Shown: one piece after another, positions 20,577 through 32,683 of the stretch | Layout of the letters: each line of letters starts with the position of its first letter | Numbering within the stretch: the stretch's first letter is position 1 | DNA from: an uncultured Acidobacteriota bacterium | Lineage (GTDB): Bacteria > Acidobacteriota > Thermoanaerobaculia > Gp7-AA8 | Reading direction: 5' to 3' | Length of the DNA: 64,000 bases | NCBI GenBank assembly: GCA_963793695.1 | Contig: CAWCBB010000009.1 | Span: forward strand, 35,463 to 99,462 | The notes under the pieces: model-generated | What the model was told of the DNA's origin: nothing | What the model saw: only the letters and a program-made list of their open reading frames with translations | Database searches by the model: none | Position numbers and translations under genes: made by a program

Positions 20577-21343
20577 CGGACCAGCGCTCCCGCGAGCCGT
20601 TCGGCCGCCTGCCTTCGGATCGCCGCCGCGGCCGCTTCGTTTCGCGGGCGTTTCCCGGCCGCGATCGCGGCGTCCGCGAAGGCCTCGCCGCTCCATTCGG
20701 AGACGACGAGGACACCTTCCCATCGCTCGACCCGGAATCCCTCGTGAAGCACGGTCGGGATCCCGCTGGCACGACCGATCGCTGCGGCGAGCATCGCCTC
20801 CGGCGTGACCTCGTCGGATACTTCCACCAGAGCGGAGGCCGCGCCGAGGAGCCTCGTCAGCTCGTCGGCACGGAGGTCGGAGTGCACCTCGGCGATGAAT
20901 CGCTGACGGAGGAGATCGTCGGGGAGATCGCGCCAGGCGATGCTCTCGGAGCCGCCGTGGCGGCGCAGCGCCTCGAGCATCTTTCCGATCATCCGCGTCC
21001 TGCGGCCGGCCGCGCCGCCGATCAGGAGAATTCGCGAGGGCGGCGGTCCGGGCTCAGGGAGCGAGGGAAGCGGAAGCGGAAGCGACGAGGAGCGATCGGA
21101 CGGGTCGAGCAGCTCGAGGTCGGCTTCCGGGCCCAGCCCGAGCCGCCAGCGGCCGGGAAGATGGTCCGGGTCGCCGACCTCGATGATCGTCGTGCGGCCC
21201 GAGAGCGCCTCCGGCCACGGGTCGACGAGGATTTCACAAGCGCGCCCGATCTCCGTGAGGCCGTCCGCGAGGGCGCTCGCGGCGAGCGCGAGCTCCGGAG
21301 CGACGGCCGCGTCGATGGCGAAGGTGACGGATTCACTCTGCAT
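20573..21343 (-). CDS. Hypothetical protein, possibly degenerate GT-B fold
   Basis: Overlaps wzt and the downstream GT; GRASGIPTV. Confidence 0.6.
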   Translation of the reverse strand: MQSESVTFAIDAAVAPELALAASALADGLTEIGRACEILVDPWPEALSGRTTIIEVGDPDHLPGRWRLGLGPEADLELLDPSDRSSSLPLPLPSLPEPGPPPSRILLIGGAAGRRTRMIGKMLEALRRHGGSESIAWRDLPDDLLRQRFIAEVHSDLRADELTRLLGAASALVEVSDEVTPEAMLAAAIGRASGIPTVLHEGFRVERWEGVLVVSEWSGEAFADAAIAAGKRPRNEAAAAAIRRQAAERLAGALVR

Positions 21344-22573
21344 GAAGCGCTTCGGGCACGGCGGCGGGGAGAGCGCTCGAGATCCTGTGGCCGTTGACCT
21401 CCCATTCGTGGTCCACGGCCATGAGGCCGATCTCGTAGCGATCCCCCGCGATCGTGAATGCGGGGCGAAGGTCGCGCCGGTCGAAGACGTGGAGCGCGTT
21501 CTCGTCGCCGACGTAGACGACGAGCTCGTACTCGCCGCGGACGAGGGGCACGTTGCGCAGGCGGGCGCGGACTTCGTACGAGGGCGCGGCCGCGAAGAGG
21601 GGCGACCCCGTCGGGGACGGTGCCGAACGCAAAGCACTGCATCTGATCCGCCGCCCGGTTCACGCCGGCGAGGATGTGGATCTGCTGTCCCGGATCGAGC
21701 GATTCGATCACCAGCCGCATCACGATGTCGTCACCGGTCTCGAAATCGCCCGCCGGGTTGCCGTACGGATCGAGAACCTCGAGCTCACGGATTCGAACCG
21801 GCTGCGCGACCTCTTCGACCGGAGCTTCGGGCGGGGCGTTCTTCTCCTGCTCGAGAAGGTAATTCTCGTATTCGTGCACGACGTCGATCGACGGGCCGAT
21901 CCGCCGCATGGTCCCGTGGTCGAGCCAGATCGTCCGCTCGCAGAGGTTCGAGATGTAGTAGAGAGCGTGCGAGCAGAAGACGATCGTGCGCCCCTTCCGC
22001 TGAAACTCCCTGATCTTGTCGATGCACTTCTTCTGAAAGTAGCCATCCCCGACGGCGAGGGCCTCGTCGATCACGAGGATGTCCGGCTCCACGTTGACGG
22101 CGACGGAGAACGCCAGGCGCATGTACATCCCGGACGAGTACGTCTTCACGGGCTGATCGAGAAAGCCCCCGAGCTCCGAGAAATCCAGGATCGCCGGAAG
22201 GGCGCGCCGCACCTCCGCCGCCGAAAGGCCCAGGATCGCGGCGTTCAGAGCCGCGTTGTCCCGCCCCGTGAACTCCGGGATGGAATCCCGTTCCGAGCTC
22301 GAGGATGGAGGCGATCTGACCCGTGGCGTCCAGCGAGCCGGAGCTCGGCGCCGTGACTCCGCAAAGCAGCTTGAGGAGCGTGCTCTTTCCGGCGCCGTTG
22401 TGGCCGATCAGGCCGATCGTCTCTCCGCGGCGGACGTCGAAGGAGACCTCCTGGAGGGCCGGGAAGACGGTATGGCGGGGATGTCGCGTGAAGAGCTCGA
22501 GAAAGCGGTCGATCGGCCGGCCGTACAGGCGGTAGACCTTCGAGAGCTCCTCGGCGCGGATGGCGACGTCCAT
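21333..22573 (-). CDS. wzt: Polysaccharide ABC exporter ATPase with Wzt C-terminal domain (frameshifted)
   Basis: GHNGAGKSTLLK, YSSGMYMRLAF, IDEALAVGD, C-terminal beta domain (LVRGEY). Confidence 0.92.
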
Positions 22574-22613
22574 CGTGGTGATTCTACGGATTCGGGGGGG
22601 CGACCGCCCAATG

Positions 22614-22643
22614 AAAAGGGGTGGCGGACGAATCCGCCACCCC
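22614..22643 (-). terminator. Intrinsic terminator after PKD protein
   Basis: GGGGTGGCGGA-loop-TCCGCCACCCC-TTTT on minus strand. Confidence 0.75.
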
Positions 22644-22665
22644 GGAAGGCGACCTGCCTGGGATC

Positions 22666-25600
22666 TCAGTCGAGCGGGATGGCCGGGACGTACTCCGGGT
22701 CTTTGGTCGTCCGGTCGATGATCGAGGCGAAGGCCCAGACCGCGGCCTCGTTCGTGACCTCGATCCTTATGCTGCCCCGATCGGCGGTCTGGTGGAGGAA
22801 CCGGATCATGTCAGGGAGGATCTTCGACTCGTTCGGCGCGAGGCTGAGAGAGTGGATTCCGATGACCTGGCCGGTCTGCTGATCGAGCAGTGAAATCGTC
22901 ACGTTCGCGCTGGCGGACCCGACGTTCACGAGCCCGACATTCGAGTAATAGAGCTGGTCGCTGCGGACCGCCGGAAGGATCGCCGGCTTGCCCGTGGTGA
23001 CGTTCGCGCTCGCGGCGGCGAATCCGAGGATTCCCTGGCCGAAGCGCTGCTGGTTGCCGGCGTCGCTGTAATTTCTCTGTGCGACGACGACGAACCGATG
23101 GGCCAGGGGGCTGTCGACGTTCACGCGGAGGGTCCCCACGGCGTCCGAGGTGACCTGCGGGATCATCGCGTGCGAGGTGATGACGTCGTCGAGCTGCAGG
23201 AGTCCCTTCGCGGGAAGGATCTGGTCCTTCGCCTCCGAGACGAGAGCGCCGCTCTCGCTGTGGAATGCGAGGTCGAACTGCACCGCCTGATCGTCGGGAT
23301 TGAAGATGGTGACGTCACTCCTCCACGTAGCCAGATGGCCGACGCTGGGGACGACCTGCGTCCGCATCGAGGGATCGGAGAGATCCGCCGTTGCGATCGC
23401 CGGGATGTAGATCGGGTCGTTGCTGCCGTTGTCGACCACCGACTCGTAGGCGATCAGCCCGTTCGATGTCCCCTGGATCGCAACGCTGAACGGCTTCGTC
23501 GTCGGAAGGCCGCTGATGCGGCTGGCGAGATCGCTGATCGGCGTGAGCTGGAACGGGGTGACGTTGACCGAGAACTGGCCCACCGCCGCGCCGAACTGCC
23601 CTTCATACGCCGTGATCATCACGGGCATCGTCTGGCCCGTGATGTTCAGCAGGTAGACGTTCGTCCTGTACTTCTCGGTCAGGCTCACACCCGTCATGAA
23701 GAGGACCGTGTCGCCGGCCGTGAAGTTCTGGTCGCCGTCGATCCGGACCGCCGGGATGAGGTGCCCGAACGTCCCGATGCCCGACGCGCCGACCGAATAC
23801 GTGCGCGTCCAGATCTGGAGATCGTGCGTGGCCGCGCCGCGGACGATCACGGGGCCGGCCGTGTCGCCGTCCGTGAAGAAGCTCATGAAGTCTTCGTAGA
23901 TGAGCGTCGAGGTGTTGAGGCTGAACGCCTTCTTCACGCCGGTGGTCGTCAGCTCGAATTCGAGCTCCACCGGTCCTTCGCCGACGTTGCTGTTGTAGAT
24001 CTGGACGTCCGTCCGCCACTTGCTGCCGTTCGCGCCGTTGAGGTGCGCGACGACCGGCAGGAGGTAGGTGAATGCGTTCGCCTTCAGGACCTTGATCTGC
24101 TTGGTGACCGGAGGCGCCGCGCCGCCGGCGTTCCCCGCCGTCAGCGTGACGTTCCAGGTCCCCTCGGTCGAGAACGTGTGCTGGACCGGATTGCCCGACG
24201 CGGTGATTCCGTCGCCGAAGTTCCACTGCCAGCTCGTGACGGGATGCGCAACCGGCGCCGTCGCGGTCGCGGTGAACGTGACCGGCACGCCGAGGATCGG
24301 CGTGGCGCCGCCGACGGTGAAGTCGACGCTCGTCGGCTTATCGGCGCCGAGGAGCCCGAACCGGACCTTCTCGGTGAGGTTCACCGAGCCCGCCGCGTTC
24401 TTGACCGTGACGGTGACCGTGTACTCCGGCAAGGTGGCCGGGAAGGTGTGTTGAACGCTCTGGCTCTTGGTCTTGAGGGTCGTGGTGCCGTCGCCGAAGT
24501 TCCAGTCGAAGGTGTCGCACGACTGGAACGGGGCTCCGATCGTCCGGAGGCTGAGCGTGACGACCTCGCCCGGGTTGCACGGCGTCGCTCCGGGGGCGCT
24601 CGGCGGCCACTGGCGCGGTGATCTCGATGAACGCGCGATCCGTCGGCGCCTTGCAGCTCGGATCGACCGGTGGAGGCGTGGAGCCGCCCATCACCTTGAT
24701 CGAAAGGGTCGCGACGACGCCGGTCGGGAACGTGCTGTTCGAGACCGTCAGTTTCACGGTGTAGCTGCCGCCCTGCGAATACGCCTTGGTCGGATTCTGC
24801 TGGCTCGCGGTCGAGCCGTCGCCGAACTCCCACGTGAACAAATCGCAGCTCTGGAACGCCTTGCTCTGCGGGAAGTTCACGGCCGTGAAGGAAATGGACT
24901 CGCCCGTGGCGCAGTCGGGCGCCCGGATCAGGGCCCGTGCACCCCGTGGTGGTGCCTCTCATGTTGAAACCGAGAAGCTGGCTCGGCGCTTCGCAGCCGC
25001 TCGTGGGCGGAGGCTGCGGAGGAGGCGGAGGCGCGATGGTCCCGAGCTGAATCGTGGACTCGGTTGCGAATCGCCCTGAGGAAACGAGTCATTCGTTACC
25101 GTCAGCCGGACTTTGTGCGGGTCCGTCTCCGGCGTACTTGTGGAGAGGAGGGGATTTCTCCTGCGAGGTCTTACCATCGCCGAAGTCCCACAAGAAGCGG
25201 TCGCAATTCTGAAAGTTGTACGTGGCGCTCTGTTCTTTGGCGGTAAATTGAATATTGCTGGCTGAAGTGCATGAGCCCGGCAAACAGCTTGGACTTCGTG
25301 CCACTCCACGTGAAGATCAGCATTTCCGGCTTTGCCGTGCAGAGAGCCGGCGCGAGCGTGAAGTTGGCCGCGGTCGAATCGGCCGCGATGCCCGCCTCGT
25401 TCCGTACGCGTACCTTCACGGTGTAGGAAGCCGCCTGTCCGATGTCCGAAGACGAAGGCGTATAGGTCTTGCCGGTCGCTGACTTCTGTGTGTTGTTGAG
25501 GAACCATGTGTAGGTCCACGCGGACTGATTCTGACCCGCGGTCGAACCGGCCGTGATCGAGCAGGGGCCGCTCACGTGCGTGCAGCCGCTGACGGTCAGC

Positions 25601-27939
25601 ACGGGATCGGGAACGAGAAGCTGGACCGAATCGCTCGAGGAGATGATCCCCGAACACCCCTGGCCGACGATGGCCGTCCCATCGAGCAGGGTGACCGTGA
25701 GGCGGACGCTGTTGCCGGTCGTGAGCTCCCCGGACGAGACCGAGAACTCCGCCGTGTCGGCCAGGGTCGACGTCACCAGGGAGTTTCGAACCGGTTGCCC
25801 GGAGGCGCCCAAGAGCTCCCACAGAACGGTGGCTGCGAGCGCGGAGCCTCCCGTGACGGCGCCGGTGCCGACCCGAATGTCGGGTCGGAAGCGTGATGCC
25901 GCTCGCATCGGAGCGCGACGACGGAGATCCGGCTCGCGAACGGCCGGACCGCGTACTGGATGTTGCTCACCCCCACCGAGTAGTCGCGGCGAGGATCGCG
26001 AGGTGAACGCGCTGTCGTAGGCGCCGTAGGCGGCGCTGAACGAGAGCGTGCGGTCCGCCGCACTGGCCGGCGCCGAACAGCGCGCTCGGAAGCTGGGCGA
26101 CCGGCGCCGCGCCGTCGAGTACCCACGACGAGTAATGGCTTTCGACCGAGCCGTCGGAGGCGTCCACGAACGCGTCTCCCAGCACGAGGGGCGCCGTCGC
26201 GCTCGCGTTCGGCTGGATGAAGAGCAGCGAGGGATCCTTGATCCCGGTCGCAGCGCCATCCGCGGACGCGCGCCACGGGAACGTCCATCGTCACGTTGAT
26301 CGAAGAGGTCTTCGTCGAGTCGGCATCGGCCGCGATCTTCACGGTCCGGGTCTGCTGGATCTTGGCCGCGGAATTCAGGCCGGAGTAGCGATAGGAAAGA
26401 GACTGGCCGGTCGTCGCGGGAACGATGTTTCCCGTGGCCGACTCGGGATTTCCGTAGTCGACCGTGATCGCGGTCTGCGCCCCGGTCGACGCGGTCTTGA
26501 ATCGGAAGACATCCCCGTAGAACGGACCCCCGCTGCCTTCGCTGTGCGGATTCGCGGTGCCGTTGCCGGCCGCGGTGTCGCGCTCGATGCTGATCCCGTC
26601 GCTCGCCTGGATCTGATAGACGTCGCCGAGGCCGCTCGTCGCGAAGATGACGTATTCCTTGCTGCCCTCCTTGTAGAAAAGGCCAGTGAAGGCCGTCTCG
26701 CAGAAGGGAGCCCCCGCATACTTCACGCCCGTCACGGGATCGGTCCACCCGGAGTAATACTTCTTGAAGTACTCGCGGAAGTCCACGTACTCCGGCGCGC
26801 CGCTGGTGAGACGGAACATGTGGAGATCATTTCCGCCGCCGCCGTAGCCGACCGTCGTGACCACGCCCATCGAGTACGTGACCGACGCGGGGTTGAAGCG
26901 GGTTCCCGGAATCGAATAGCGATCGGCCGAAAAACTCTGGATGCTGCTTCCGTTCGGCGAGATCACGGCCAGCTTGCCGGGGAAGAAAGTCCCCCCTCGA
27001 GCGCCTGAAGAACTGCGTCCCGTCCGAGGCGATCCCCATGAAGCGGATCCCGTCCGACGGGGCGATGACTTTTTCGGGGCCGGCGCCCGCGATGAATCCC
27101 GCGGCGCTGAACAGCTTGATCTCTCCCGTGTTGGGATCGGTGTAGCCGATCACCTGGTTTCCGCCGATCGTCACCTTCGCGAAATTGTAGATCGCGTGGG
27201 TCAGGGGCTTGACGTACGTGGGATCGTGAAGGGTTCGTGACGTCGAAGAGCGCCCCGCGCGTCGCGTGCGTGTCATAGACGTAGACGTAGTACTTGCCTT
27301 CGCTCTTGAACGAGATCGTCCCTTTCGGCGTCACGTCGGATCCGGCGCCGGCGAGAGGGCCGCCCATCTGCTTCACGAACGTGAAGCTCCCCTCGCGATC
27401 CTGCACGATTCCCCATCCGAAGATCGTGTACGGAAGATAGACGTAGCCGCGATCAGTCCCAGTCGTATCCGAGAGCGAGCCGCTCCTGACCGTCCGCGAA
27501 CACGACCTCCCATCCCTGTTTTTTCTGGATAGACCGAGTCGATGAAGGGAAGGTACTGCTCCCGCCGGATCGCGGCCGCTCACGGCGGTCATCGGTCCGT
27601 TGAGGTCCCTCACGAAGAAGGTGGAGAGGCGATAGCTGACGAACGTCGAGCCGAACTTCATGTAGATGCGGTCTCGCTCGGGGACGATCGAAACGCGCTC
27701 GGCGCGATACGTACGAATCGGCCACTGCAGCGAGCGAACCTTGGTCGAGTCGAGGAACGGCCCCGATGGTTCAGGATCGGCGCCGAGTACGGGTAGGTGG
27801 GGAGGTTCCCGCACGAGACGCAGGTCACGGGCGGCTGGCTCGAGGAACCCGGCATGGGGTAGTTCTGACCTAGGAACGTAGCCGGGGCGGTGATGACCGC
27901 GACGAAGAGCCAGACGACCGACTTGAACGGAAATTTCAC
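22666..27939 (-). CDS. Giant secreted PKD-repeat surface protein (~1750 aa, multiple frameshifts)
   Basis: Signal peptide after GGAGG; repeated W(N/D/E)FGDG PKD motifs; C-terminal duplicated VAH..GANGSKWRTD / YYSNVGLVN / DPxYIPA domains. Confidence 0.8.
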
Positions 27940-28002
27940 AGGGCTTCCTCCCTCCCACTGGGGCAATTGGGGTATCGCAAGAATCAGGACCGCTACCGAG
28001 CA

Positions 28003-28048
28003 ATTCTACAGTCCACGCCCGGCAGAGGCAATTTTATATTTGAATTAA
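28003..28048 (-). promoter_or_regulatory. Sigma-70 promoter with AT-rich UP element for PKD gene
   Basis: TTGCCT-17 bp-TAGAAT with AT tract upstream. Confidence 0.6.
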
Positions 28049-28077
28049 GGGACCACGGCGCCGAAGAACCTCGAAAA

Positions 28078-28111
28078 GAAAAAAAGTGGGCCGGCTGACG
28101 CCGGCCCACTT
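28078..28111 (-). terminator. Strong intrinsic terminator
   Basis: AAGTGGGCCGGC-loop-GCCGGCCCACTT followed by long T-run. Confidence 0.9.
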
Positions 28112-28120
28112 GACGGTGCT

Positions 28121-29732
28121 TCAACAGCTGGGACTCGGGGCGATCCGGGGTGAAGTTCGCCGCCGGACGGATGGCCGTCTCGGCGTCGGCAGCCGAAGCC
28201 GCGAGAGCCGGCGTGCAGCCGTTCTCGAGCTGTGCTGCGTCATAGAGAACCGCATAACGGCCCTCAGCGAACATCTGGATCGAGACCCAGTTCTGGGTTT
28301 CGTGGGTCGTGCGGAGAGCAATCAGCGGTGCGCCCGTCTGGATGCCGTTCAGGTCGAGATAAATCCAGTCCACCGAGATCGCTGGTGGATGGTGTTGTCC
28401 GGCGGGAAGTACGTGGCGTTGGAGGTCGAAACGGCCTGAGTTTCCTCATGGTTCGTCTCGAAGATGTCCGGCGCGCAGGGCGAAATGCGGCAGTTTTGGA
28501 CTGCACGTTCGGGTTTTCCTGCTCGTCGAAGCGGACCACGGTCTGCGCCGGGATGCCGTGTTGAAGGCGGTGCCGGTCGTGGAGCTGCACTCGACGGTTC
28601 CGGTGTCTCCACCTTCACGCCAGATGATCAGGTTCGTGGTGAACCCGGTCGGGCCAGTCGCGGTGTCCTGAATGAAGCGGGCCGCGAAACGGGCCGGAAG
28701 CGGCTGGCGGCGATCCTTCTTCCTTGTTCGCTGACCGAGCGTGTACCGATCGTAGAACGTGAAGGGGAAGTTCGTCGTGACCGGCAGAATGCCGTCGGCG
28801 CGAGCTCCCCGCGCCGAACGTCGGGGTGCCGAGGTGGGTCGTTGTTGAGCGGGCCACCCTCCGGGATCGCCCGGATGTGAACCATCGGCTTGTCGCCGGC
28901 GTAGTTACCAGTGGTCGTCGAGGAGTTGATCAGCCTGTACGTCGCCGATGAGCGAGTTGTCCCAGAGGATGTCGGTCGAGTAGAAGACCTTCGTCGTCGG
29001 GGAGCAGCTGCGAGCCTTGTTGGTGACGTCGACGGGTGACGTCGCCGACCGCAACAGCGTTGGTGCCACCGGCGCGGGGTGCAGGATCCATACACATTCG
29101 GTCGTCAGGGCCGACTGGATGCCGCGCGAGAAGCGTGCCGTTGGGATCGGGCCCGGGAGCGAGGCGCAGCCGGTGGTCGCGTCCTGAATCGAGCGCGGGA
29201 TGGTCGTGGTTCGGGTTGCCAGTGAGGTCCGTTAGTCGCCGGCGGAGTAGACACCGATGTTGGAGATGTCATAGCCGGTCGGCGGGATCTGGCCGTTCCG
29301 GAGGATGTCGTAAAGGCTGACCGGGACCACGTCGTAGCCGGTGAGCCAGAGGTTGAAGTCGATCACGGGATAGGACCAGTCGGTCCAGATCGTGACGTGA
29401 GCGATCTGCGGCTGCTCGGTCACGTTCGTGAGCGTGAAGACCGTGTTCCGGGCACTGCTCGAGGGGCTCGCGATGTCAACTTCGAAATACGGCAGAAGAA
29501 GCGTCGCCGCCGGCATCACGGAGATGTCGCACGAGTCGTCGTTGTTCGTGGTGCTCGGGCCGGTCAGAAGACCGGTCGCGTAATCGCCGGTAGCAGCAGC
29601 TCCGGTCACCGCCGCCGTCGTCCCAGAGTACGACGCATTCGGCTGAACGAAGAGCCGGTCCCCACCGACACCGGCGAATGCCGCGCCGGCGACGAGGAGC
29701 ACGAGGCTCATCACTGTCAAAGTTTTCTTCAT
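28121..29732 (-). CDS. Secreted Thr/Asn/Gly-rich protein, S-layer candidate (multiple frameshifts)
   Basis: MKKTLTVMSLVLLVAGAAFA signal; NNDDSCDISVMPAATLLLPYFEVD; WIYLDLN and QNWVS near C-terminus; own promoter and strong terminator. Confidence 0.7.
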
Positions 29733-29760
29733 TGAGTGTCTCCTACACTTCGTCTTTATG

Positions 29761-29807
29761 GAACCTGAGAGTTGGCGTTTCATTGAACCTGAGAGTTGGC
29801 GTTTCAT
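29761..29807. repeat. Perfect 23-bp direct repeat x2 (period 24) in leader
   Basis: GAACCTGAGAGTTGGCGTTTCAT at 29761 and 29785. Confidence 0.9.
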
Positions 29808-29887
29808 AGCAGAAGTTCCGCCATCTAAGCGATACGATCACCTCCCGCGCCGATTTCAATTCTGAGCTTTCATGATTCTGTCGGGAT

Positions 29888-29917
29888 AAGCTAAGCCATA
29901 TCCACGGGGCAAGTCAA
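29888..29917 (-). promoter_or_regulatory. Putative sigma-70 promoter of S-layer candidate
   Basis: TTGACT-18 bp-TAGCTT with AT-rich upstream tract. Confidence 0.5.
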
Positions 29918-29933
29918 CAAAAAAATGGGATTT

Positions 29934-31776
29934 TTATGGGATACCACCATAAAATTTCCCGGGCCAAGGAGCCGCATTATACTGCAGGCCCTCCCCGGGG
30001 CGACTACTCCTGCCGCCCTTTCCGAGCCAGACGCGCACCGAACCGTCCGATCCGTGTCTCCCTTCTCGAACATCAGAAGGATGTCGGCGTTCCCGTCCCG
30101 ATCCAGATCCGCGACTTTGATGTCGTACAGGTTCCGATTGGGGATCTCGATCCCCTCCGCCTCCGCCGTCCGGAATCCCCCCTTGCCGTCGCCCAGCAGG
30201 AACCTGAGCCCCGCGGGGTTCGCCAGGGCGTAGACCAGATCGAGGTGTCCGTCGCGGTTGAAATCTCCCTGGGAAAGGCCCCAGACCGGCATGCCGTTGC
30301 TCCAGGAGAGGATCGTTTCGCGAATCGGCCCCTTCTTCGCGTTCCAGCTCACCCGCTCCAGCCCCGTGATGTCGGTGAGCGCCGGCGGCTCGAAGTCCCC
30401 CTTCCGAATCCCGCTCGGCCAGACGCGGCGGAACCCGAGGATCACGTCGTTCTTCTTTTTCGAGGTGAAGGGGGCGCTGGTGAGCGCGTTGTAGTACGAG
30501 AAGAACGGGAGCCAGCCGCGGCCGAGAGGGCGCCACTGCCCCCCTTGCCCTGGAGATACATCACATCGGGCCCTCCGAAGAAGATGCTCGACCCCGCGAC
30601 ATCGACGCGCCCGTCGCCGTCGAAATCGCTCGCGGTCAGCCAGTCGCCGCCGACCTGCCGCCCGACCTCCGCGATCTTGACCTCGCGCCACCGTGCCGCC
30701 TTCTCTTCGTTGAGGTAGGCGCGCAGATAGCTGACGTCCCCGACCTCTCCTCCGATCGTCGGTCCCTCGCTGAGGGCGAGGATGTCGAGATCCCCGTCCG
30801 CATCGATGTCCGAGAGCGCGACCCGCCGCGTCGGGAACCGCTCGGGCAATCCCTCGCTCGAGAGCTCGAACTTTCCCTTGCCGTCCCCGAGGAGAGCGAA
30901 GATGCGCAACAGATGGGCTCCCGCCACGATGTCGTTATGCCCGTCGCCGTTCAGGTCCCCCACGGCGACCGTCCCGTAGTTGAACCCCGCCGACCAGACC
31001 GTTTCCCTCCACGGGTCCCATCGCCCCTCGGGCGTCCCGCGAAAGATCACCGGGAAGCCGTTCCCACCGCGCTGAGGGGGGACGATGATGTCGAGCCGCC
31101 CGTCCTCGTCCATGTCGGCGACATCGAGGCCGTTCCGCCACGATCCCCGCGTCGGAAGCCCTTCCGACGATTCCTCGAAGCGAAGCGTCACTCCGCTCGA
31201 GGGGACGGTCACTTCGCTGAACTCTTTCTCGAGAGCCGTCAGGAAAGGACGGACCTCGTCGGTGACCTCGATCTTGCGCGTATTGAGGCTGTCGTCGAGA
31301 GGAGTTTCGGCGACGGGCGGCGCGGGCGGAACCTCCGGCTCCGGCTCGACCGCCTTCGCCGCCGGCGGAGCCTCCGCGAGCACGTCGATCCAGACCCATA
31401 CCGACTCCGGATCCTCGCGGTAAATCTCGAACCGGACCGTCGCGCTCCGGCTCGGCCGGACCCACCCCTTCGGCGATCCGCGGTAGATGGATCTCGCCCG
31501 CGGAAACTTCTCGATCATCCAGTCCGCGCCGTTCCGACGCCACACCGCCTTCGGATCGGGATCGAGACCGGGATCGACGTCGAGGCCGATGCGCGCTTTC
31601 CTCTGTTCCGAGGTTTCCCCCTGATAGAGGAGGGGCGGCACCTCCTCCGCCTTCCAGACCGGTGGGTCGTCGTCGCTCCATCCGGAAACCTCGGCCGGGG
31701 GTGGCTGCTGCTGCGCGAGCGCCGGCAGGGCGAGCGCGAAAATCAGGGACAACACGATCCAGGCTTTCTTGGTCAC
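29934..31776 (-). CDS. Secreted FG-GAP/VCBS repeat beta-propeller protein (frameshifted; 3' end approximate)
   Basis: Signal peptide; DMDEDGRLDI, DLNGDGHNDI, DIDADGDLDI, DFDGDGRVDV, DFNRDGHLDL, DLDRDGNADI. Confidence 0.85.
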
Positions 31777-31801
31777 TTCAGGGTCTCCTCGGCTGTGTGC
31801 G

Positions 31802-32635
31802 TCAGATCAGGTCGGCCAGACTCGCCTGCGCCCGCCGGAAGAACCCGAGGCCGAGCGCGAAGATGCCGAGCGCAACGATCACCAGAAATACGATCGATGG
31901 GGCCGGAGGTAACGGCGCGGCGAGCACCGCACTGCGAAACAAACCGAGGAGCGGGGTGAGCGGATTCCAGGCGAAGAACTTCGCCCACTCGGGCGGCGCC
32001 CTGTAAATGATCGGGCTCAGCCAGAACAGGATCGAAAGCGCGAAGCCGAGGACCTGGACCACGTCCCGGAAAAAGACGTGCATGGTCGCCAGGATCCAGG
32101 AGAGCCCGGCCTGGAGCGCGAGCTGAAGCACGAGCGCGAAGGGGAGAAGCCACAGGCCCCAGAGCGACTGTCCCTGGAGGCCGACGTACACGATGAACAG
32201 CCCGAGGCCGATGATCTCGAACAGCAGAGCCGAGATGTTCGGGACGAGAACGAGCAACTCGCTTCGGAACGTCAGCTTCCGGACGAGTGCGGCGTTGTCC
32301 ACGATGCTCGTCGTTCCGCGGATCACACCCTCATTGAATCCAAGCCATGCGATCAGGCCGCAGATGAGGAAGAAAACGTAGTTCTCACCCCCCGCGAGAC
32401 CTGTCGGCCGGCCACGGGGGCTGGAGCCGCCGGCGCCAAAAATCTTCGTGAAGACGAACCAGTAGAGGAGAACGAGGCTCAGAGGCTGGAGGACGGCCCA
32501 GGCGACGCCGAGCGCGGAGCCCGTGAAACGCATGGAGAAGTCGCGCCTGACCAGCTCGATGAGGAGGTGTAGATTCCGAAACCCGCCGGTGAGAGAATGC
32601 CTGGCACCGTCAGCCGGCGCCGCTGGACTGGACAC
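31802..32635 (-). CDS. wzm: Polysaccharide ABC exporter permease
   Basis: RDFSMRFTGSALGVAWAVLQPL, FFRDV, FWLSPIIY, NPL, ADLI end. Confidence 0.93.
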   Translation of the reverse strand: MSSPAAPADGARHSLTGGFRNLHLLIELVRRDFSMRFTGSALGVAWAVLQPLSLVLLYWFVFTKIFGAGGSSPRGRPTGLAGGENYVFFLICGLIAWLGFNEGVIRGTTSIVDNAALVRKLTFRSELLVLVPNISALLFEIIGLGLFIVYVGLQGQSLWGLWLLPFALVLQLALQAGLSWILATMHVFFRDVVQVLGFALSILFWLSPIIYRAPPEWAKFFAWNPLTPLLGLFRSAVLAAPLPPAPSIVFLVIVALGIFALGLGFFRRAQASLADLI

Positions 32636-32643
32636 GCCCGGCG

Positions 32644-32673
32644 AGTTTATTGTGTGGTAGCATAAAGTGTCAA
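32644..32673. promoter_or_regulatory. Overlapping divergent promoters of wzm and XRE regulator
   Basis: Minus: TTGACA-18 bp-TAAACT; plus: TGnTAGCAT extended -10; TTTAT-N11-ATAAA dyad. Confidence 0.5.
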
Positions 32674-32683
32674 CGAGCCCCTC

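Noticed and set aside
29757-29810. Glycine riboswitch (CTCTCAGG motif twice)
   Set aside because: Lacks the GGAGA and CCGAAG elements, and 24-nt units are far too short for aptamers
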